The notes under the pieces: model-generated
The model's database searches: none
Seen by the model: the letters and a program-made list of their open reading frames with translations, nothing else
What the model was told of the DNA's origin: nothing
Program-made: the position numbers and the translations under genes
DNA from: Terriglobia bacterium
Lineage (GTDB): Bacteria; Acidobacteriota; Polarisedimenticolia; Polarisedimenticolales; JAIQFR01
Direction of reading: 5' to 3'
Assembly: GCA_963748015.1 (NCBI GenBank)
Contig: CAVVHE010000004.1
Location: 1,952,001 to 2,016,000, forward strand
Length of the DNA: 64,000 bases
Shown: one piece after another, positions 56,417-64,000 of the stretch
Position numbering within the stretch: position 1 is the stretch's first letter
Layout: each line of letters opens with the position of its first letter

Positions 56417-57677
56417 ATGGCGGCCAGCGGAACCGGCATCGCGCTGCAGCTGTTCGCCCGGTCCTCCCGGGTGGGAAGGAAGCGTGCCGTCCTCACGATC
56501 ATGTCGATCGCCTGGGGCTCGCTGGCCCTCCTGCTCCTGCTCGCGTTCGGCGAGGGACTGAAGCTGCAGCTGCAGAAGGCGCGGGCCGGGATGGGGAGCC
56601 GGATCGCGATCGTGTGGCCCGGCGAGACCGGCAAGTCGTGGCAAGGCCTCCCCTCGGGGCGGCCGATCCGTCCGCGCATCGACGACCTCGAGATGCTCCG
56701 GGGGCGCATCCCCGGGCTCGCCGAGGCGGTCGGCGAGATCACCAACTGGCGCGTGAGCCTCACCAACGGGCGGAAGACCGTGACGGGCCGGGTGATCGGC
56801 GCGAGCTGGCAGTACGGCGAGATCCGCAACCACATCGCCCGGGAAGGAGGGCGGTTCCTCGACGCCGAGGACGAGCGCGAGCGGCGCCGCGTGATCTTCC
56901 TCGGGGACGAGCTGGCGAAGGACCTCTACGGGAAGGACGACCCGGTCGGACGCCAGCTCCTCGTGGACCGGACCCCGTACACGGTGGTCGGGGTGCTCCA
57001 GAAGAAGCTGCAGATGGGGATGTACGGCGGCCCCGACGCGGGCCACGCGGTCGTGCCGATCACCACGTTCCGGGCGCAGTACGGCCGGGAGCAGCTTTCG
57101 AACCTCGTGCTCCAGGCCGAGCGGCCGCAGGACATGCCGGCGGTGCTCAAGGAGTTCCGCGCGGTGCTCGGCCGCGAAGTACGGCTTCGATCCGGAAGAC
57201 GAGCGGGCCGTGGGCGTCTGGGACACGGTGAACGAGGACAAGTTCCTGACGAACATGCTGATCGGCATCCAGCTCTTCCTCGGGATCATCGGCGCGATGA
57301 CGCTGACCATCGGCGGCGTCGGCGTGGCGAACATCATGTACGCCACGGTCAAGGAGAGGACGCGGGAGATCGGGGTCAAGATGGCGCTCGGCGCGCGGCC
57401 GTCCTGGATCACGGGGCCGCTCGTCCTCGAGGCGCTCACCTACACCCTCGTCGGCGGGCTCCTCGGACTCCTCGGGGCGGTGGCCCTCATCGCGCTCCTC
57501 GATCTCGTCCCGGTCGAGGGGAACCAGGCGCTCGAGTTCCTCGGGAAGCCGACGCTGTCGCTGCCGATCGGCGCGATCGCCGCGGCGATCCTGGGGCTCG
57601 TCGGACTTCTCGCGGGGTACTTCCCCGCGCGGCGCGCGGCGTCGGTGGACCCCGCCGAGACGCTGCGCTACGAGTGA
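56417..57677 (+). CDS. MacB/FtsX-type ABC permease with a +1 frameshift (about 57174)
   Basis: SIAWG N-terminal TM; continues in another frame as KYGFDPEDE...GGVGVANIM...VDPAETLRYE. Confidence 0.85.
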
Positions 57678-57690
57678 CGCGGAGGCTGCC

Positions 57691-58426
57691 ATGAACATGT
57701 TCCGCAAGCGTAACGGCGAAGGCATCCGGGAACGGCGCGGTCATCCGGATGGCGGGGATCCGCAGGACCTACGACACCGGGAAGGTGCGCGTCGAGGCCC
57801 TGCGCGGGATCGATCTCAGCGTGCGCGCCGGGGAGTTCGTGGCGATCGTGGGCCCGTCGGGGTCGGGCAAGTCCACCCTCATGAACCTCATCGGCTGCCT
57901 CGATACGCCCACCGCGGGCGAGTACGAGCTGCTCGGCGAGCCGGTCGGCGGGCTCGACCGCGCCCAGCTCGCCGCGGTACGCAACCGCCGGGTCGGCTTC
58001 GTGTTCCAGAACTTCAACCTGCTGCCGCAGATCTCCGCGTTCGAGAACGTCGAGATGCCCCTGCTGTTCGGCGGCGTCGCGAGGCGAGAGCGCCGCAAGC
58101 GGGTCGAGGAGCTGCTCTCCCGCGTCGGGCTCGCCGGCCGCATGGACCACAAGCCCACGGAGCTGTCGGGAGGCGAGATGCAGCGCGTCGCGATCGCCCG
58201 CGCCCTCGCCATGGACCCGGCGATCGTCCTCGCGGACGAGCCGACCGGGAACCTCGACACGAGCTCGGGGGGCGACATCATGGGGCTCTTCGAGGAGCTG
58301 TGGAAGCAGGGGCGCACGCTGATCGTGATCACCCACGATGCCGCCCTGGCGCGCCGCGCCGGCCGCGTCGTCGAGATCCGCGACGGCGAGATCCTCCGTG
58401 ACACCGGCGCCCCCGCGGCTGCCTAG
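57691..58426 (+). CDS. MacB/LolD-type ABC ATPase (probable +1 error near 57700; alternative start 57749)
   Basis: GPSGSGKS, FVFQNFNL, LSGGEMQR, DEPTGNLD, ITHD; GGAGG SD before ATG 57691. Confidence 0.9.
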
Positions 58427-58469
58427 TGCCAGGAGGCAATGCCGTCCCTCTTCGCCTAGACTAGAGCGG

Positions 58470-60017
58470 ATGTCAGGCAAGCGCCGGGCCGTCGCATTCG
58501 CCGTCGCGATCCTCGCGGCCGCCGTCGTCTCGCCCCTTCGCGCGGGCAAGTCCGCGGAGGTGCGCACCGAGTCGTTCCGCCTGCTGAACGAGGGGGTCGC
58601 GGCGTACAACCGCGGGGAGTACCAGCTGGCCGCGGAGAGGCTCGGCGCCTCGGCCTCGATGGCCCTGAACTCGTTCCGCGCGTACTACTACCTCGGGCTC
58701 GCGCTGATCGGCGACCGGCGGGCCTCGGAAGCGGTGGACGCGCTGACCGTCGCGCTCGACCTCGACCCGAGCCAGATGCTCGCGCACGTCGCCATGGGAG
58801 ACGCCCAGCTCAAGAGGGGCGATTCGGCCGAAGCCTCCGCGGCATACTACCGCGCCCTCAAGCTCCGCGCGGAGTTCGCGCCGGCCCTCGACGGGATCGC
58901 CCGCACCTACGAAGCGCAGGAGGACGACGAGAAGGCGCTCGCATTCTTCCGGCGCGCCATCGCGAGCAACAAGGGGTACGCCGAGTCGTACGTCCACCTG
59001 GGCGACCTGTACCTGCGGCAGGGCCGCGTCGCGGACGCGATCCGACTGCTTCTCGAGGCGGTGACGATCCGGCCGGACTTCGCTCCCGGGCTGAACCGCC
59101 TGGCGCTGGCGTACAACCGCCTCGACCTGCAGAACGAGGCCGTCGCGACGATCCGCAAGGCGATCTCGCTCGAGCCGAAGTCGGCCGACCATCGGGCCAC
59201 GCTCGGCCTGATCCAGCTGGCGCTCGGCCTCCCCGCCGGCGCCGAGGCGTCGTTCAAGGAAGCGCTCGCGCTCGAGCCCGGCCACATCCCGGCCCGCGAA
59301 GGCATGGCGGAGATCGAGCGCCGCCGCGGCGCCTACGAGCCCGCGCTCGCCCAGCTGGACACGATCCTGGCGGAGCCGCGGCTCGAGACCCCGGAGCGGA
59401 AGCGGCTGGTGGACCGGCGCGCCGCCGTCGCCGCCGAGCGCGACCGCTTCGCGGCCCTCGAGGCGGGCCTCTCGTCGGGCGCCGCCTCGCCGGACGACCT
59501 CAGGTCCCTCGCCGCGATCTACGCTTCGCGAGGCGAGTGGGAGAAGGCGGCCGACCTCGAGACCCGAAGCGCCACCGAGGGAGCGGCCCGCGAGTATCTC
59601 GGCTACTACCTGTTGCGCGCGGGGAAATTCCGCGCGGCCCACGACATCTACGCCAAGATCGCCGGCGAATCCAAGCGGGCCGATCTGTGGGTCAACGACG
59701 GCGTGGCGCTCGCCGGCGTCGGGGACGACGTCGCGGCCGCCGCGTCGTTCGAGCGCGCGCTCGCGATCGACCCCGCGCAGCCCAGGGCGCGCCTCTACCT
59801 CGGCAACGCCCTGCTGCGCCGCGGGCGCACGGCCGAGGCCGCCGCCGAGTTCAAGCGCTTCGTGGAGGACTATCCCGACGTCGAGCCGGCCGAGCGAGCG
59901 CGCCGGATCCTGGCCGAGATCGCCCCGGGCGCCCTGCCGCCTCCCCCGCCTCCCGCGGGCTCTCCCGCGAGTCCCGCTCCCCCGCCGCCGCCGAAGAAGG
60001 AGGAGACGTCGAAATGA
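58470..60017 (+). CDS. Secreted TPR-repeat protein
   Basis: Signal peptide; repeated AYYYLG/ALDLDP-type TPR units; Pro-rich tail. Confidence 0.88.
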   Translation: MSGKRRAVAFAVAILAAAVVSPLRAGKSAEVRTESFRLLNEGVAAYNRGEYQLAAERLGASASMALNSFRAYYYLGLALIGDRRASEAVDALTVALDLDPSQMLAHVAMGDAQLKRGDSAEASAAYYRALKLRAEFAPALDGIARTYEAQEDDEKALAFFRRAIASNKGYAESYVHLGDLYLRQGRVADAIRLLLEAVTIRPDFAPGLNRLALAYNRLDLQNEAVATIRKAISLEPKSADHRATLGLIQLALGLPAGAEASFKEALALEPGHIPAREGMAEIERRRGAYEPALAQLDTILAEPRLETPERKRLVDRRAAVAAERDRFAALEAGLSSGAASPDDLRSLAAIYASRGEWEKAADLETRSATEGAAREYLGYYLLRAGKFRAAHDIYAKIAGESKRADLWVNDGVALAGVGDDVAAAASFERALAIDPAQPRARLYLGNALLRRGRTAEAAAEFKRFVEDYPDVEPAERARRILAEIAPGALPPPPPPAGSPASPAPPPPPKKEETSK

Positions 60018-61210
60018 CGCGCCGCGCCCTGCTCGCCGTCCTGGCGGCGGCTCTCGCCGCGGCCCTCCTCGCCCCCGCGCCGCGCGCGCAGGACGCCGAG
60101 CGCCGCCGCGGCTTCTCCATCCAGGTCACGAGCCCCGAGAACCAGGACGTGGTCCTCGGCAAGTCCCCGATCACGGCGAAGGTGAAGATCGATAGGCCGG
60201 AGGACGTGGACCGCGTCGAGTTCCTCGTGAACGACAAGGTCATCTTCGTGGACCGGGAGCCGCCCTACGAGTGCATGTTCGATTTCGGCGAGTCGACCCG
60301 CTCGTGGGTGATCCGCGCGGTGGCCTACCACAAGGAAGGGATCACGGTCAGCGACGCCGTCGTGACGCGCAAGCTCGACGTCGCCTACTTCGAGCAGGTC
60401 AACCGCGTCATCCTCTGGGCGAGCGTCACCGACAAGAAGGACCAGTTCGTGACCGACCTCAAGAGCGGCGACCTCCGAGTGTTCGAGGAAGGGAAAGAGC
60501 AGACGATCCAGGAGTTCGCCGCGGAGGACCGCCCGATCACCCTCGCGATCCTGATCGACACCTCCGGCTCGATGAAGGAGCGCATGAAGGACGTCCACTC
60601 CGCGGCGGGCGCTTTCGTGGACACGCTGAGGCCGGACGACCGCGCCCTGGTGATCGCGTTCGACGACAAGGTGTTCCTCCTGCAGGACCTGACCGCCGAC
60701 AAGAACGCGATGAAGGAGTCGATCACCAGCACCGAGGCCCTCGGGGCGACGGCGATCTACGACGCGCTGCACGCGGCCTTCCGCAAGCTGCGGGGGATCC
60801 AGGGGCGCAAGGCGATCGTCCTGCTGACGGACGGCGACGACACGTCGAGCCAGTTCGGTCACTCGAGGATCCTCGAGGAAGCCAAGGCGCAGAACGTGTT
60901 GATCTACGGCATCGGGCTCGACGTCGGCATGATCGACCTCAGCCGGAAGAACGTCCTGAAGGAGTTCTCGGACGTCACCGGCGGGCGGCCCTACTTCGTC
61001 AAGGAGGCGAAGGAGCTGGCCGGGGTCTACCAGCAGATCGCGGAGGAGCTTCGCCGGCAGTACTTCGTGACCTACTCGACCTCGAACAAGACCTGGGACG
61101 GCCGCTGGATCAAGGTGGAGGTCAAGGCGAAGAACTCCGACTACTCGGTGCGCGCGCGGCGCGGGTTCTTCGCCGTTCGCTCCGCCGCGTCGGGCGGCTC
61201 CGCTCCCTAG
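60014..61210 (+). CDS. Secreted VWA-domain protein (Acidobacteria-type) with N-terminal Ig-like domain
   Basis: VEFLVND...DREPPY Ig-like part; VTDKKDQFVTDL, MIDAS DTSGS, TAIYDAL, LTDGDD, TGGR, VRARRG. Confidence 0.88.
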   Translation: MTRRALLAVLAAALAAALLAPAPRAQDAERRRGFSIQVTSPENQDVVLGKSPITAKVKIDRPEDVDRVEFLVNDKVIFVDREPPYECMFDFGESTRSWVIRAVAYHKEGITVSDAVVTRKLDVAYFEQVNRVILWASVTDKKDQFVTDLKSGDLRVFEEGKEQTIQEFAAEDRPITLAILIDTSGSMKERMKDVHSAAGAFVDTLRPDDRALVIAFDDKVFLLQDLTADKNAMKESITSTEALGATAIYDALHAAFRKLRGIQGRKAIVLLTDGDDTSSQFGHSRILEEAKAQNVLIYGIGLDVGMIDLSRKNVLKEFSDVTGGRPYFVKEAKELAGVYQQIAEELRRQYFVTYSTSNKTWDGRWIKVEVKAKNSDYSVRARRGFFAVRSAASGGSAP

Positions 61211-61221
61211 CCCTCGCCTTC

Positions 61222-62043
61222 CTACTCTCCCCCGTAGAGGATCTCCGTGCGCGTCAGACGCCGCGCCGCGAACGCGACGGCCACGACCGCGACCGCCACG
61301 AGGCCGGGGACGGCGATCCATGGAGAGGTCGGCGCGGCGATGATCGCCAGCGGTCCTTCGGGAGGGGCGACGGGGAGCAGCGACTCGATGTGGTGGGCGA
61401 CGCTGAAGTTCTTGAGCGCCGCGGGGAGGAGGAAGACGATCGACTCCCAGCCGAGGATCGCCAGGGCGGGAACGATCGGCTGGCGGAAGACGACCCCCAC
61501 CGCGAGGAAAACCGCCCCGTATCCGACGCAGGCGAGCGACGTGCCCGCGAGATAGGCGAGGAGCTCCGCGACGCCGCCCGGACCGGCCAGCTTCTCCGCG
61601 AGCGCGGCTTTACCGCTCACGCCCTGGATGGCGACCCACGTCAGGGCCGTCGTCGCGCCGAAGGCCGACAGCGTCACGGCGAGCCCCGCCGCGAACTTCC
61701 CGGCCACCAGCACGCTTCGCCGGACGGGCGCCAGGAACCAGTAGTGGAGGCTCCTGTCCAGGATCTCGCCGCGGACGAGCGGCGCGAAGGCCATCATGCA
61801 GCCGAAGAACACGGTGAAGCGGAGGATCAGCACCCGGTACACCATCGCGTAGACCATCGTCGGGGCGTAGTGCCTAGACGGCCGATCGAAGAGCACCGCG
61901 GCCGCGAGGCGCGCGCCGCAGAGCGCCAGCGGGACCCCCGCGGCGATGGCGAGCCCGAGCAGCTGGCGGGCGCCGAGCCGCCTGCGAAGCTCGAGCGCCG
62001 CGACGGTCGACGCCTGGCGCCGCCACAGGGACCAACGGGTCAT
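61222..62043 (-). CDS. ABC transporter permease (ABC-2-like)
   Basis: Six TM segments; [22 protein letters not shown] motif. Confidence 0.8.
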   Translation of the reverse strand: MTRWSLWRRQASTVAALELRRRLGARQLLGLAIAAGVPLALCGARLAAAVLFDRPSRHYAPTMVYAMVYRVLILRFTVFFGCMMAFAPLVRGEILDRSLHYWFLAPVRRSVLVAGKFAAGLAVTLSAFGATTALTWVAIQGVSGKAALAEKLAGPGGVAELLAYLAGTSLACVGYGAVFLAVGVVFRQPIVPALAILGWESIVFLLPAALKNFSVAHHIESLLPVAPPEGPLAIIAAPTSPWIAVPGLVAVAVVAVAFAARRLTRTEILYGGE

Positions 62044-62987
62044 GACGGCCCTCCGTCACCCTCGATCAGGTAGCGATACACGGCATGGACGTCGTCGTCG
62101 GCGGGAGCGACTTCCTCGATCTCGAGGCCCATCTCCGCGACGAGACGGTTCAGAAGCAGGTAGAAGCCGTCCGCGTCGCGGGTCCTCACGAGAAGCCCCT
62201 TCCCGTCGTCGTGCAGGCGCGCCTCGACGGCGCTGTCCCCCTCGAAGACCCGGGCGGCGAGGAGCGAGGGCCGGTCGCAGCGGACCGAAACCTGCAGCGG
62301 CCGTCCCGTGACCTCGGCACGTACGCCACGGATGGCCCCTTCGGCCACGACGTGCCCGTTGTGGAACAGGATGACCTGATCGGACAACAGGTCCACCTCG
62401 TGCAGGATGTGACTCGAGAGGATCACGAACCGGCCCTCGTCGGCGAGCCCGCGGAAGACGTCGATCGCCTCGGCCCGCGCCATCGGGTCGAGGCCGTTCA
62501 GCGGCTCGTCCAGGACGAGGACGCGCGGGTCGTGGGCGAGGGCTTGCGCCAGCCGGATGCGCTGCCTCATCCCCTTGCTGTAGGCCGCGACTTTGCGGCC
62601 CGCCGCGTCGGACAGGTTCGCCCGCTCGATCGCCCGCGCGGCGCGCTCCCCCGCTTCCGCGCGGGACAGGCCGTGCAGCCGCAGCGCCGCCGCGACGAAG
62701 CCGAAACCGGTCATCCCGGCGGGGAAGCTGTCGTACTGGGTGCAGTACCCGACCAGTCGGAAGAGCGTCTCCGGATCGTCGGTGGCGGCGCCGAGGACCT
62801 CGACCCGCCCCTTCGTCGGGCGCAGCAGCCCGGTCATCAGGTTCATCAGGGTCGTCTTTCCCGCGCCGTTCGGCCCCACGAGGCTCGTGATGCCGGGGCC
62901 GATGGACAGGTTCACGCGGTTGACGCCGAGCACCTCTCCGTAGAATTTCGAGACGTTCTCGAAGACGATCCGGTCCGGGGCGCTCAT
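62040..62987 (-). CDS. ABC transporter ATP-binding protein
   Basis: [33 protein letters not shown]. Confidence 0.93.
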   Translation of the reverse strand: MSAPDRIVFENVSKFYGEVLGVNRVNLSIGPGITSLVGPNGAGKTTLMNLMTGLLRPTKGRVEVLGAATDDPETLFRLVGYCTQYDSFPAGMTGFGFVAAALRLHGLSRAEAGERAARAIERANLSDAAGRKVAAYSKGMRQRIRLAQALAHDPRVLVLDEPLNGLDPMARAEAIDVFRGLADEGRFVILSSHILHEVDLLSDQVILFHNGHVVAEGAIRGVRAEVTGRPLQVSVRCDRPSLLAARVFEGDSAVEARLHDDGKGLLVRTRDADGFYLLLNRLVAEMGLEIEEVAPADDDVHAVYRYLIEGDGGPS

Positions 62988-63847
62988 CGCACCACTTCCT
63001 TGGCCTTGAGGCGACGCGCGAGCACGAGGACGCAAACGCCGCACAGCAAGGGCAGCGCGACGAACGGCGCGGCGCCGGGCAGCTGGACCGGTAGCGGCAC
63101 CTCGTACAACCCCGAGAGAAGGGTGGCCATCAAGACGCCGAGGTTGCAGATCTGGCCCAGGTGAGTCCTGAAGATCGCGTCGATCGCCGCGCCGATCCAC
63201 GCCCCACCGAGGACCGCGCCGACCAGGAGGCTCTGGGCAGCGACCTTCCGGCGGGTGAGGGCCGAGGCGGCCAGCGCCATGAGCGACAGCACGAGGATCC
63301 AGACGAAGCTCCCGGCCAGGATTGCGACCGGGAGGTGAAGGTGCTCCCGGGTCCAGGCCCCCTCGGCGAGAATCGCCTGCAGCCCGAACAGGAGAAGCCC
63401 CGGGGCCCACGTGACCGCCGAGAGCAGCAGCACCAGCACCGCGAGCTTCCCGACAACGTATCCCGACTTCGACAGCGGCCGCGACAGGTAGAGCGGCAGC
63501 GCGTTGTTCGCGAGGTCGGAGGAAATGAGGCCCGGCCCGACGAGCAGGGCGAGGATCCCGCCGAACGCGAAGGACTGCCACGACATCAGCACCATGAAGA
63601 AGAGGGAGTCGACCTGGCTCATGCGCGAGAGCTGCACGCCCAGCGCTTCCAGCGCCTTGACGTTGTAGCGCAGGTAGATGAAGACCGCGGCGCCGATCGG
63701 CAGGAGGAATGACGCCGTGAAGACGATCGTCGCGAGGCGCGAGCGGAACGCTTCCCGGAGCGCGTAGCGCATCACGACGACGAGCCGCCGCGCCGGGTCG
63801 GTCATCGGGCCCGAGTAGGGTCGGTAGCTCCGGTCATGCACCGCCAC
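62984..63847 (-). CDS. ABC transporter permease
   Basis: [20 protein letters not shown] motif, multiple TMs. Confidence 0.82.
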   Translation of the reverse strand: MAVHDRSYRPYSGPMTDPARRLVVVMRYALREAFRSRLATIVFTASFLLPIGAAVFIYLRYNVKALEALGVQLSRMSQVDSLFFMVLMSWQSFAFGGILALLVGPGLISSDLANNALPLYLSRPLSKSGYVVGKLAVLVLLLSAVTWAPGLLLFGLQAILAEGAWTREHLHLPVAILAGSFVWILVLSLMALAASALTRRKVAAQSLLVGAVLGGAWIGAAIDAIFRTHLGQICNLGVLMATLLSGLYEVPLPVQLPGAAPFVALPLLCGVCVLVLARRLKAKEVVR

Positions 63848-64000
63848 GGCCGTCCTCCATGGCGCGCACGAAGATGTCCTGCAGCGAGTCGCGCTTGTAA
63901 TCGAGGCGCCGGATCTGGATCTCCTTCGCGGCGGCGATGCGATAGAGGTCGCCGACCACCACGTGATCCGGGAGCACCATCTTGATCCGGCCCTGCCCAA
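63834..64000 (-). CDS. C-terminus of an upstream ABC ATPase (partial)
   Basis: Hand translation ...[27 protein letters not shown]; the SL.DIF tail is typical of ABC-2 ATPases. Confidence 0.6.
   Translation of the reverse strand, partial: GQGRIKMVLPDHVVVGDLYRIAAAKEIQIRRLDYKRDSLQDIFVRAMEDGRGGA

Overview
Very GC-rich, gene-dense bacterial DNA, most likely from Acidobacteriota. This is an inference from the Acidobacteria-type VWA protein, the Oar-like TonB-dependent receptors and the GspG-like pilin. The left 8 kb holds a giant minus-strand gene that is missing from the ORF track because it runs off the window edge. It encodes a secreted HExxH...E (gluzincin-type) metalloprotease followed by about 90 or more thrombospondin type 3-like 23-aa repeats arranged as a 1794-bp higher-order repeat, and it is translationally coupled to a small secreted partner. 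Next come a YfhO-like GT-C protein, a split lysine-ketoglutarate reductase/saccharopine dehydrogenase pair with an ADP-forming acyl-CoA synthetase, an RRM protein, a SWIM-SNF2 helicase, ppk1, two branched palindromic elements (one MITE-like) and a sigma-54-type pilin gene. The centre is a Mesh1-like HD hydrolase followed by tilS-hpt-ftsH-folP-cdaA-cdaR-glmM and a DUF429-like gene. The right half has two tandem-duplicated TonB-dependent receptors, a creD-like gene, ahcY, a divergent MacAB-like exporter cluster (four adaptors, three permeases, one ATPase), TPR and VWA genes and a further ABC operon. Five +1 frameshifts and one chimeric repeat patch suggest residual sequencing or consensus errors. 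No rRNA, tRNA, CRISPR array or transposase was recognised.
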